DNA of 64,000 bases from Alphaproteobacteria bacterium (GTDB taxonomy: Bacteria > Pseudomonadota > Alphaproteobacteria > MPNO01). Shown here one piece after another: positions 20,055 to 29,764 of the stretch. The notes beneath the pieces were generated by a model, which was not told where the DNA came from, made no database searches, and saw nothing but the letters and a program-made list of their open reading frames with translations. The position numbers were made by a program, and so were the translations under genes. Every line of letters starts with the position of its first letter. Position 1 is the first letter of the stretch. The stretch spans positions 2,080,001 to 2,144,000 of the forward strand of contig CBDFLJ010000001.1 in the NCBI GenBank assembly GCA_965248835.1, read 5' to 3'.

Positions 20055-21518
20055 ATGCGGTTCGACTTGGTTTTGCGAAACGGCCGGGTATTCGACGGAT
20101 CCGGGCGCGCGCCAGTGGCTGCTGACCTGGCCGTCGCCGGCGACCGTGTCGCGGTGATCGAGCAAATTCCTGTCGGTCGTGGCGACGTCGAGATCGACGT
20201 TCGCGGCCAGGCAATCAGCCCGGGCTTCATCGATGCCCACACCCATGACGACCGAGCGCTGCTGGTCGATCCCGACATGGCCGCGAAGACCAGCCAAGGC
20301 GTGACGACCGTGATAACCGGGAATTGCGGGATAAGTCTGGCGCCGCTGGTGTTGCGGGACACCCCGCCGCCGCCGCTCGACCTGATCGGCGACACCGGGT
20401 CATACCGGTTCGCAAAATTTCGCAGCTACCTCGATGCGCTTGACGCTGCGCCGCCCGCGGTCAACGCTGCTTGCTTGGTCGGCCATTCGACGTTGCGCGT
20501 GGGCGCGATGGCCGCACTCGACCGGCCGGCAAGCGAGGCAGAGCTGGCGGTGATGCGCGAACGGCTCCAGGCAGCGCTTGATGACGGTGCGATCGGCATG
20601 TCGAGCGGGACCTTCTATCCGCCGGCCGCCGCCGCGCCCGCCGCGGAAGTCGCCGCACTTGCCGCGCTGGTGGGCGAGGCGGGCGGCGTCTACGCCACCC
20701 ATATGCGCGACGAGGCCGATCGGGTCATCGAAAGCCTGGAGGAGAGTTTCGGGATTGCCGAGCGGGCCGGTGTGCCGCTGGTCATCTCCCATCACAAGGT
20801 CGCCGGCAGGGCCAATCACGGGCGATCGCGCCACACCCTGTCGCTGATCGCCGAGGCGATCAAACGTCAGCCCGTCGGACTCGATGTCTACCCCTATGTG
20901 GCCGCGTCCTCGATCCTCGACGCCAAGCGATTCGGAACCGCCGAGCGGGCCGTCATTGCCTGGTCGCAAAGCGTGCCGGAAGCGGCCGGACGCGACCTCG
21001 CCGAGATCATCGCCGAGTGGGGCGTCCCGGCCGACGAGGCGGTCGCGCGGCTGAAGCCGGCGGGTGCGGTCTACTTCTTGATGGACGAGGACGACGTCCG
21101 GCGGATCCTAGCCTTCCCGCACACCATGATCGGCTCGGACGGCCTGCCGCATGACCGGCATCCCCACCCGCGGCTCTGGGGCACATTCCCACGGGTCCTC
21201 GGCCACTACGCCCGCGATGTCGGGATGTTTCCGATCGAAGAGGCGGTGCGCCGGATGACTTCGCTTCCCGCCGCACGGTTCGGGCTGACCGGCCGCGGCA
21301 CGCTGGCGCCCGGCGGGTTTGCCGACATCGTGGTGTTTGATCCCGAAACGATCATCGATCGTGCGACGTTCGATGAGCCCGCGGTGCCTGCGGCCGGCAT
21401 CGACATGGTTCTGGTCAACGGCCGTCCGGTCTGGCGGGACGGCGCACCGACCGGCGCACGGCCGGGCCGAACGCTGCGCCGCCAGAAGCTGTTACCAAAG
21501 GAAACGCATGATGACTGA
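20055..21518 (+). CDS. N-acyl-D-amino-acid deacylase (D-aminoacylase)
   Basis: PGFIDAHTHDD, QGVTTVITGNCG, THMRDE, ISHHK, GSDG, HPRLWGTFPRVLG. Confidence 0.92.
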   Translation: MRFDLVLRNGRVFDGSGRAPVAADLAVAGDRVAVIEQIPVGRGDVEIDVRGQAISPGFIDAHTHDDRALLVDPDMAAKTSQGVTTVITGNCGISLAPLVLRDTPPPPLDLIGDTGSYRFAKFRSYLDALDAAPPAVNAACLVGHSTLRVGAMAALDRPASEAELAVMRERLQAALDDGAIGMSSGTFYPPAAAAPAAEVAALAALVGEAGGVYATHMRDEADRVIESLEESFGIAERAGVPLVISHHKVAGRANHGRSRHTLSLIAEAIKRQPVGLDVYPYVAASSILDAKRFGTAERAVIAWSQSVPEAAGRDLAEIIAEWGVPADEAVARLKPAGAVYFLMDEDDVRRILAFPHTMIGSDGLPHDRHPHPRLWGTFPRVLGHYARDVGMFPIEEAVRRMTSLPAARFGLTGRGTLAPGGFADIVVFDPETIIDRATFDEPAVPAAGIDMVLVNGRPVWRDGAPTGARPGRTLRRQKLLPKETHDD

Positions 21519-22005
21519 GCCGACGGTCCAGTTGGGCGAGCACGCCTTTTCGCTGTTCGAAGGCACCGAGGAGGATAAGGAGCAGCTCCTTGCGCTGCAC
21601 CAGGGCTATCTCGATGCCAACTCGATCGGCCTGAACGTCGCGGCGCTGCGGAAAGTCTGGAGCGACCATCCGCATTGTGTGTGGTTCAACTCGACCGGAT
21701 ACACCTACAAGGGGATCGAGGACTGGGCGAAGCTGTGGACCTATTTCGGCCCCAGGGTCGAGATCACCAAGCCCTGGCGGTCGAGCGACGTCCGGTTGAT
21801 CGGCAACAGCGACTACGCCGTGATCACCTGCGAGCGCACGGCGGCCGGGCGCTGGAAATCGGACGACGACGAGCCCCATTGGACCGGTGACGACTGGCCG
21901 TCGCGCTCGACCGAGGTCTTTCGGCGTGAACACGGAAAGTGGATCTGCGTCCACGTCCATATTTCCACACGCGAGACCGGCGCGCGGCCCGAAGAGCAGG
22001 GATAA
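21508..22005 (+). CDS. NTF2/SnoaL-like fold protein
   Basis: RSTEVFRREHGKWICVHVHIS C-terminal motif; coupled to the upstream gene. Confidence 0.75.
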   Translation: MMTEPTVQLGEHAFSLFEGTEEDKEQLLALHQGYLDANSIGLNVAALRKVWSDHPHCVWFNSTGYTYKGIEDWAKLWTYFGPRVEITKPWRSSDVRLIGNSDYAVITCERTAAGRWKSDDDEPHWTGDDWPSRSTEVFRREHGKWICVHVHISTRETGARPEEQG

Positions 22006-22009
22006 TCCC

Positions 22010-23026
22010 ATGACCGATCTGCCGCGCTTTGCGGTGCGCATGCACGGCGACATGGATTCCAGGATTTGCGCCCAGGCGGCCCGACATGCCGAGAAATGCG
22101 GCTTCAGCACGGTCTGGTTCGCCGAGAACCTGTTTCAGCGCGGCGTGCTGCCCGCCGCCACCGCCTGCGCGTTGGCGACCGAGACGATCGAGATCGGCAT
22201 CGGCGTCTTCAACCCGTTCAACCGCCATCCGAGCCTGATGGCGATGGAGCTTGGCGCGCTCGACGAGATCTCCGGCGGACGCGCCATCCTCGGTATAGGC
22301 GCCGGCGTGCCGCGTTCGATCGACAAGATTGCCTCATTCATGAACGTGGCCAATGCCATTGGCGATGCCGTTGCGATCGCCGGCCCCCTTTTGGCCGGCG
22401 AGGAAGTCAGCCACGCGGGGAAGGTCTTCTCCGCCGACCGTGTGAAGCTCAGCTATGAGCCCGTGCGCGACCGGGTGCCGATCTACCTGGCGGCAATGGG
22501 CGAGCGGGTGCTGCGGGTGTGCGGCGCGCGCGCCGACGGCCTCTTGATCAGCAACATGTGTCCACCGGCATTCACCGGCAATGCAATCGGCGTGATGGCC
22601 AAAGCGGCGAAGGAAGCGGGCAGGCCCACCCCGTCCAACATCGTCAAGTATGTCCCTTGCGTGGCGGGCGATGACGGCGCCGAGGCGCGCCGGGCGGTCA
22701 AGCCGGCGATCGGCGCGATGCTCGGCGCATATTTCCGGGCCTACGACAGCACGCCTGCCGCGCTCGCCGCGATGGGCGGCGACAACGGCATCGATCCCGG
22801 CCTGTTCGCCCGATCGCTCGAACGTCTGGCCGCCGGCGAGCCCGCCCAGGACGTGCTCGACGACGCGTTCGTTGCCGCCTACGCGGTAGCAGGCACGGTC
22901 GAGCAGTGCCTCGAGCAGTGCCGCGCGCTGGCCGCGAGCGGGGTCAGCCAGATGACGCTTACGTTCCACGGCGACCGGCCCGAGGAATGGATGGCGCGGT
23001 TCGGCGCGGCGGCAAGCGCCGGGTAG
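22010..23026 (+). CDS. LLM-class (luciferase-like) flavin/F420-dependent oxidoreductase
   Basis: GFSTVWFAE, RHPSLMAM..LDEISGGRAILGIGAG, PIYLAAMG, ADG. Confidence 0.88.
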   Translation: MTDLPRFAVRMHGDMDSRICAQAARHAEKCGFSTVWFAENLFQRGVLPAATACALATETIEIGIGVFNPFNRHPSLMAMELGALDEISGGRAILGIGAGVPRSIDKIASFMNVANAIGDAVAIAGPLLAGEEVSHAGKVFSADRVKLSYEPVRDRVPIYLAAMGERVLRVCGARADGLLISNMCPPAFTGNAIGVMAKAAKEAGRPTPSNIVKYVPCVAGDDGAEARRAVKPAIGAMLGAYFRAYDSTPAALAAMGGDNGIDPGLFARSLERLAAGEPAQDVLDDAFVAAYAVAGTVEQCLEQCRALAASGVSQMTLTFHGDRPEEWMARFGAAASAG

Positions 23027-23035
23027 AACGCGCGC

Positions 23036-25291
23036 GTGGCTCGCAAGGACGACAACCGGCTGCTGCGCGGGCGCGCCCGCTTCGTCGACGACGTCCATCT
23101 GGACCGGATGGCCGAGGGCGTGTTCATCCGAAGCCCGCACCCCCACGCCGAGATCGTCTCGATCGATGTGAGCGCGGCGCTGGCCGCCGGCGCCGATCTG
23201 GTCCTGACCGCCGCGGACCTGCCGTTCATCGAAAAGGATTGGCTGGTGCGCTACTGGCATCCGAGCATTCGCGGCCGCCCACCGCGGTTCCTTGCCACCG
23301 ACCGGGTGCGGTTCGTCGGCGAGCCGGTGGCGTTTCTGGTCGCCGCGGATCGCTATACAGCCGAGGACCTCGCGCCCTTGGTCGAGGTCTCCTATCGCCC
23401 TCTGCCTGCCGTCATCGCGGGCGCTGCCACGCCGCTCCTGCACGAGGAATGGCCGGACAACGTTGCGGCCGGCTTCTCGGCGCGGCGCGGCGATCCGGCC
23501 CTGGCGATGGCCAATGCCGCATGCCGAACAAGCCATACGGTGCGGTTCTCCCGCCAGGTGCCCTTGCCGCTGGAGACCCGCGGGGCGGTCGCGGATTTCC
23601 GGGCCGGGCGCAGGCGTCTGACGGTGCGGATGTCGACCCAGGCGCATTACAATGTCCGGGAGAACCTCGCCAGCCTGCTCGAGCTTCCAGAAGCCAATGT
23701 CCGGGTGGTCTGCGAGGACGTCGGCGGCGGGTTCGGCGCCAAGTCGCGGACCTACTGCGAGGAGATCGTGGTCGCGTTCGCAAGCCTGGTGCTCGGCCGT
23801 CCGGTGAAGTGGATCGAGGATCGGGCTGAGAACCTGCTGGCGACCACCCATTCCCGCGACATCACGGCCGAGATGGAGCTCGGCCATTCCGGGGACGGTC
23901 GCATGGAGGCGCTCAAGGCCACGCTGAGTCTCGATGCGGGCGCCTATATCTTCACCAGCGGGATCGCAACCGTCGAGCTCGCCAGCGCGCTGCTGACCGG
24001 TGCTTATCGGATCGAGCACTTCGAAATCGAGGTTGTCGTCCTTGGCTCCAACAAGACCCCGACCGCGACCTATCGCGGCGCCGGGCAGCCGGAAGCGGCG
24101 TTGGCGCTGGAAACCGTGATCGACCGCGCTGCCCGGTCGATCGGGATCGGGTCGGCCGAGATCCGCGAGCGTAATCTCGTAACCGGGGCCGATCTGCCGT
24201 GGGCTACCGGCACCAGGTTCGGCGGCATGGCGTTGATCTTCGACGCAGGCGATTTCCCGGAAATGCTCCAGCGTGCCGTTGTCGAGGGGGGATACACCGA
24301 CGCGGTCGAGGCCAGCGGCGGGTGTGAGCGCGTTGCTTGGGGTCTCGCCTGTGGGGTGGACGGGTCCGGTTTCGTCAACTTCGAATCAGCGCGCGTCCGG
24401 ATCGATTCGGCGGGCAACGTCAGCCTTCATTCGGGCATGACCTCCCAGGGGCAAGGCCAGTCCACGACGTTCGCGAAGATCTGCGCGGAAACACTGGGGA
24501 CGAGCCTCGACCGGATCGAGGTCTCCATGGGCGATACCGCCTTGCTGCCATTCGGCCGTGGCGCGTTCGCCAGCCGCGGCGCGATCTTCGGCGGCAACGC
24601 CGTCCATGGCGCGGCCGTCCGGCTGCGCCAGGCCGTGCTGCGGCACGCGGGTCGCCTGACGCAATCCGATCCCGATGTGCTGTCGATCGTCGAAGGTACT
24701 ATTCTCCGTGAGGGAGAAATCGACACCGGGCTTACGATCGGCGATATCGCGCGCGCGGTTGCACCCGGCGGGCCACTGTTCGACGGCGCCCCGGCGCTGG
24801 AGGCGCAATACGTCTTCAGCACCGACCAGCCGATAACCATGGGCATGTCGGTCCATGCCGCGAAGGTCGGCGTCGATACCGAGACCGGCCGCGTGCGGCT
24901 CATCGACTATTTCGTCGTCCACGACGTCGGCCAGGCGCTCGACCGAGCAGTCGTCGACGGCCAGATCATCGGCGGGGTTATCGAAGGCATCGGCAACGCG
25001 GTATTGACCGAATTCATCTACGCCGCCGACGGCCAGCCGATGACGACGACGCTTGGCGACTATCTCGTGCCGAGCGCGGTGGAGGCACCGACCATCGGGC
25101 TGGCTTACATGGAAACGAGACCGACCACGAACCCGCTCGGCGTCAGGGGGATCGGCGAGAGCGGCACGATCGCCCCGCCCGCAGCGATCCTCAACGCGGT
25201 CGCTCGCATCGCCGGGCCGGGCGCCGATGTCTCGGTTGTGCCACTGTCCCCACCCCGTGTGCTGGCCGCCCTTGCCGACTGCTTCGATTAG
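23036..25291 (+). CDS. Xanthine dehydrogenase family molybdopterin-binding large subunit
   Basis: RSPHPHA, DVGGGFGAK, TYRGAGQPEA, QGQGQST, GQIIGG, NPLGVRGIGESG. Confidence 0.92.
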   Translation: MARKDDNRLLRGRARFVDDVHLDRMAEGVFIRSPHPHAEIVSIDVSAALAAGADLVLTAADLPFIEKDWLVRYWHPSIRGRPPRFLATDRVRFVGEPVAFLVAADRYTAEDLAPLVEVSYRPLPAVIAGAATPLLHEEWPDNVAAGFSARRGDPALAMANAACRTSHTVRFSRQVPLPLETRGAVADFRAGRRRLTVRMSTQAHYNVRENLASLLELPEANVRVVCEDVGGGFGAKSRTYCEEIVVAFASLVLGRPVKWIEDRAENLLATTHSRDITAEMELGHSGDGRMEALKATLSLDAGAYIFTSGIATVELASALLTGAYRIEHFEIEVVVLGSNKTPTATYRGAGQPEAALALETVIDRAARSIGIGSAEIRERNLVTGADLPWATGTRFGGMALIFDAGDFPEMLQRAVVEGGYTDAVEASGGCERVAWGLACGVDGSGFVNFESARVRIDSAGNVSLHSGMTSQGQGQSTTFAKICAETLGTSLDRIEVSMGDTALLPFGRGAFASRGAIFGGNAVHGAAVRLRQAVLRHAGRLTQSDPDVLSIVEGTILREGEIDTGLTIGDIARAVAPGGPLFDGAPALEAQYVFSTDQPITMGMSVHAAKVGVDTETGRVRLIDYFVVHDVGQALDRAVVDGQIIGGVIEGIGNAVLTEFIYAADGQPMTTTLGDYLVPSAVEAPTIGLAYMETRPTTNPLGVRGIGESGTIAPPAAILNAVARIAGPGADVSVVPLSPPRVLAALADCFD

Positions 25292-25339
25292 ATTCCCCTA
25301 TCGGAGGATCAGCACGGATGCATGGTTCGAGACCATTCG

Positions 25340-25994
25340 CGCCGTGACGTTGCCCCCGAAATCCGGAACGGGCTCGTACATATTGGACTTTGTCGCCAAG
25401 ACCCCTGTGCGGGAAATCCTCGTTTTAGATGGAGACGACTTCCTCCAGCACAACGCATTTCGGTCTCCGGGCGCGCCGTCCGTGGAGGAGTTGAAGGAGA
25501 TCCCGAGAAAAGTTCGCCATCATGCCAGCCGCTACGGTCTTGTGCGAAGCGGTACCATTGAGCATGACGTCGACATCGACGCGTCCAACGCCGACGCGTT
25601 GGAGGGGATGGACTTTGCATTTCTTTGCATGAATCGCGGCGATGCAACGCGGCCCATCATCGAGAAGTGTGAGGAACTCGATATCCCATTCATCGATGTC
25701 GGGGTAGGGATAGAACTCGTCGACGAGCAGCTCCAGGGCATCGCCCGCGTGACGGCCAGCACGCCCGACAAGCGCGATCATGTGAGAGATAAGAAGAGAA
25801 TAGGACTGTCCGGCGGCGACGCGGACGGCGTGTATTCCCAGAACATCCAGATCGCCGTGCTGAATGCCCTGAACGCCGCGCTGGCCGTCATAAAATGGAA
25901 GAAGCTGTTCGGATTCTACCGGGATTTGGAGCGGGAGCATTTCAGCGCATACACGTTGGATGGAAATTCGATTGTCAATGAGGATCGGGCATGA
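25340..25994 (+). pseudogene. ThiF/E1-like adenylyltransferase, truncated
   Basis: GTGSYILDFVAKTPVREI..DGDDFLQHNAFRSPG, FIDVG, NIQIAVLNALNAALAVIKWKK; no N-terminus or start. Confidence 0.75.
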
Positions 25995-26244
25995 AGCGGC
26001 CAATGGGCCGCACGCATCGCACACTGCGATTCGCCGGGCGCTTTATCGTCGCAGGTCTTCGAGTGTGCGGGAGAGGACGTTCCAGACGGCGGGGCTTGGC
26101 GCCATGGTCGATAGTCCAAGCGCGATCGCGGCCTTCAACGCCATCGACCGAGCCGGACCCACCGGTGCGGCGCGCTGCTGGGAATCGACCGCTCTCGATC
26201 CGCTTCCGACCGTTGAGAGGGACCGCCGTAACCAGGGGAATGCC

Positions 26245-26988
26245 ATGACCGACATCGAAACCGCGCTCGGCGATCTCGTCGTCGCCAACCGCATCCTCGC
26301 CAACGAGAACGTGGTCGACGCCTACGGCCATGTCAGCATCCGCCACCCGGACGACCCGGAGCGCTTCTTCCTGTCATGCTCCCGGAGCCCGGAATTGGTG
26401 TCGCGCGAGGACATCATGGCGTTCCGGCTCGACGGCACCGCGCTCGGCGGGGATGCCCGCACGCCCTATCTCGAACGCTTCATCCACGGCGGCGTCTACG
26501 AGCGCAACCCCGACGCGATGGCGGTCGTCCACAGCCATGCCGAGGAGGTGCTGCCCTATAGCATCACCGAAGAGCCTCTGCGCCCGGTGATTCATTCCGC
26601 CGGTCTGATGGGAGCGCGGGTGCCGGTCTGGGACATTGCCGAGAAGTTCGGCGACACGACGCTTCTGGTGGTCGATATGGAGCAGGGCCGCGATCTCGCC
26701 GGTGCGCTGGACGACCACCGCGTCGTCCTGATGCGCGGCCACGGCTTCACCGCCGCGGCGCGGTCGCTGTCGGAGGTCGTGCGGCTGTCGGTGATGCTGC
26801 CGCGCAACGCGCGCATCCTGACCACGGCCCTGCAGTTCGGCCGGGTCAAGTTCCTGTCCGAGGGCGAGATCGCCGAGCGGCTCCTGATGAACCCCGACGG
26901 CCCGGAGTTCCGGCGCGCCTGGGAATACTGGGCGACCCGGGCCGGCTGCGCGGACATGCTCGAAGGCCATCCGAACCGCAATGGCTGA
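26245..26988 (+). CDS. Class II aldolase/adducin family, 3-hydroxy-2-methylpyridine-4,5-dicarboxylate decarboxylase-like
   Basis: DAYGHVS, YLERFIH, VVHSH, LMRGHG, LSEGEI, RAWEYW; resembles (from memory) the B6-degradation decarboxylase subfamily. Confidence 0.85.
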   Translation: MTDIETALGDLVVANRILANENVVDAYGHVSIRHPDDPERFFLSCSRSPELVSREDIMAFRLDGTALGGDARTPYLERFIHGGVYERNPDAMAVVHSHAEEVLPYSITEEPLRPVIHSAGLMGARVPVWDIAEKFGDTTLLVVDMEQGRDLAGALDDHRVVLMRGHGFTAAARSLSEVVRLSVMLPRNARILTTALQFGRVKFLSEGEIAERLLMNPDGPEFRRAWEYWATRAGCADMLEGHPNRNG

Positions 26989-28634
26989 CCGACGCCTGCA
27001 CGCCGACCCGGTGGACAGGCGCGACGGCGCCGTTTTGATCGTCGGCGGCGGCCCGGTCGGCCTCGCGCTCGCCGGCGATTTCGGCTGGCGCGGCCGGACC
27101 TGCCTGCTGATCGAGCAGTCCGACGGCGCCATCGACCAGCCGCGGCAGGATCTGGTCGGCCCGCGCACCATGGAGTTCTGCCGCCGCTGGGGGATCGTCG
27201 GCGATGTCGAAGCCGCGCCCTACGACCGCGACTATCCGCAGGACAACGTCTATATCGCAGGCAGCCTGGCCGAAGGCTGGGAGATCGGCCGCTACGCGGT
27301 CCCCAACATGAACGCGGCCGTGCCGCCGCCGCAGAGCCCGCAGAAGCGCGAGCGGTGCCCGCAGAACATGTTCGACCCGATCCTGCGCCGCTTCGCGGCT
27401 TCGCACGAGACGGTGCGGCTGCGTTACCACACAAGCTTCGAGGGTCTGCGTCGATCGGCCGACGGCGTGATCGCCGAGATCCTCGACACCCGCAGCGGAA
27501 GCCGCGCGCAGCTGGAAGCGCAGTTCCTCATCGGTTGCGACGGCGCATCGAGCGCGGTGCGCGCGGCGCTCGGCACGACGATGACCGGAAACCCGGCGCT
27601 CACCTTCACCACCAACATCATCTTTCGCTGCCGCGGCTTCGAAGCCCTGCACGACAAGCGGCCGGGCTACCGTTTCATCTTCGTCGGCCCCGAGGGGACG
27701 TGGGCGACGATCGTTGCGATCAACGGAAGCGACGCGTGGCGGATGTCGATCATCCGCTCGAGCGCCGACGGCCGCGTCCTCGACGAGCCCGAGATCCGCA
27801 GCGCCATAGAGCGCGCCGTCGGCCGGCGCTTCGACTACGAGATCCTCTCGGCCGTGCCGTGGCAGCGCCGCGAGCAGGTGGCCGAGACGTTCGGCGACGG
27901 CCCGGCATTCATCGCCGGCGACGCGGCGCACGCGATGTCGCCGACCGGCGGCTTCGGGATGAACACCGGGATCGGCGACGCCGTCGACCTGTCCTGGAAG
28001 ATCGATGCGGTCATGGCCGGCTGGGGCGGCAACGGGTTGCTTCGCTCCTACACGCCCGAGCGCCGGCCGGTGGCGGAGCGCAACGTGGCGGGAGGCGAGC
28101 GGCAATCTCGCGCGCATGCTCTCGCCGCCCCCGGCCTCGGGCCTGCTCGACCGGACGCAAGGCGGCGAAGCGCTGCGGCGGCGCATCGGCGGCGACCTCG
28201 CGCAGGCGATGATGCGCGAATGGCGGACCCTGGGGATCCATCTCGGCTACATCTACGAGGACTCGCCGATCTGCGTTGCCGACGGCACCAAGCCGCCGCC
28301 GGGCGATCCCGCGGTCTACGCGCAGACCGCGCGGCCCGGCGCGCGCGCACCGCACGCCTTTCTCGAGGACGGAAGCTCGACCCTCGATCTGTTCGGCCGC
28401 GGCTTCGTGTTGCTGAGGCTGGGCGCCGCGCCGCCGGATCCGGCTGCGCTCGCCGCCGCTTGCGCCGCGCGCGCGGTGCCGATGGCGGTGGTCGATATCG
28501 CCGAGCTGGACATTGCGGCGCTCTACGGCGGCGCGCTGGTGCTGGTGCGGTCCGACGGGCACGTCGCCTGGCGCGGCGACGCGCCGCCGTCCGACCCTGC
28601 GTCGGTGATCGAGCGGGTGCGCGGTGCGGCGTGA
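26981..28634 (+). pseudogene. FAD-dependent aromatic monooxygenase (PheA/TfdB/MhpA type), single frameshift near 28091
   Basis: GGGPVG, IGCDG, GDAAH..PTGGFGMNTGIGDA; C-terminal RPGARAPH...LVRSDGHVAWRG in shifted frame. Confidence 0.85.
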
Positions 28635-28681
28635 GGCTCTAAACTCCGGCCATGCCCGCCGGTCGAACGGAGCTGCGCCCC

Positions 28682-29632
28682 ATGTCGGACCTTGCCCAGT
28701 CGGAATCGCTCCACAGCCTTTACGAAGGTCTGGCGCCGCTCAGCATCAACGCCGGCTGGGCGAAACCGACGCCCTCGCTGTGGCCCGAGCCGCGCGTCAA
28801 TTTTCGGCCCTTCCACTGGTCGTGGGCGGCCGGGCGCGCGGCGCTCGACGCGGCGGGCCGGCTGGTCGACACCGAGCTGGCCGAGCGCCGCAACTTGATC
28901 CTGTTCAACCCGGTCGAAGGCAACACTTACGGCACGGTGCGCACGATGATCGCCGCCTACCAGGCGATCCTGCCGGGCGAGACCGCGCGGTCTCACCGGC
29001 ATACGCCCAACGCGCTGCGGTTCATCCTGGAGGGCGAGGGCGCCTATACGATCGTCGACGGCGCGCGCCTCGAGATGGCCCCCAACGACGTGCTGCTGAC
29101 GCCGAACTGGCATTGGCACGGCCACGGCAGCGAGTCCGCGGGCATGTGCTATTGGCTCGACTGCCTCGATGCGCCGCTGACCCATCTGCTGGAGCCGATG
29201 TTCTTCGAGCCCCATCCGGATGCCTACGAGCCGATCCGCGCGACACCGGCGGCATCGCCCCATATCTTCCGCTGGAAAGACGTCCGCGCCGATCTGCTTC
29301 GCGCGGCGCCCGATCCCGCCGGGCGGTTCGGCCGCAGGGTCGAGCTCGGCGGCCCGGCGCTGTCCTCGATCGCGCTCTACATGCAGCTTCACGCGGCCGG
29401 CGAGACGACGCGCGCCACCAGGACGACGGCCAACCAGATCGTCTGCATCGCCGAGGGAAGCGGCGCCTCGACGATCGACGGCGAAGACTTCGCCTGGTCG
29501 CGCGGCGACGTGCTCTCGCTGCCCTCCTGGCGGCCGGTCGCGCACCGCGCCATCGAAGACGCGGTGCTGTTCGTCATGACCGACGAGCCGGTCCTGCGCG
29601 CGCTCGGCTGGCTGAGACTCGAAGACTGCTGA
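28682..29632 (+). CDS. Gentisate 1,2-dioxygenase-like bicupin ring-cleavage dioxygenase
   Basis: AERRNLIL.NP, PGETARSHRHTPNALRF, LTPNWHWHGH, WLDCLD, WSRGDV..PSW. Confidence 0.85.
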   Translation: MSDLAQSESLHSLYEGLAPLSINAGWAKPTPSLWPEPRVNFRPFHWSWAAGRAALDAAGRLVDTELAERRNLILFNPVEGNTYGTVRTMIAAYQAILPGETARSHRHTPNALRFILEGEGAYTIVDGARLEMAPNDVLLTPNWHWHGHGSESAGMCYWLDCLDAPLTHLLEPMFFEPHPDAYEPIRATPAASPHIFRWKDVRADLLRAAPDPAGRFGRRVELGGPALSSIALYMQLHAAGETTRATRTTANQIVCIAEGSGASTIDGEDFAWSRGDVLSLPSWRPVAHRAIEDAVLFVMTDEPVLRALGWLRLEDC

Positions 29633-29764
29633 GCCGGTATTGCCGATCCCCCAACCTGGCGCATCGCGATTCCCACCGGCGGAGACGTCGCGCCGCCGGT
29701 TTCGTTGCTTTGGCCGTCTGTGGGTGATTGAATTGATCGGCACCAACGCCGAGCGGAGGCTGGC

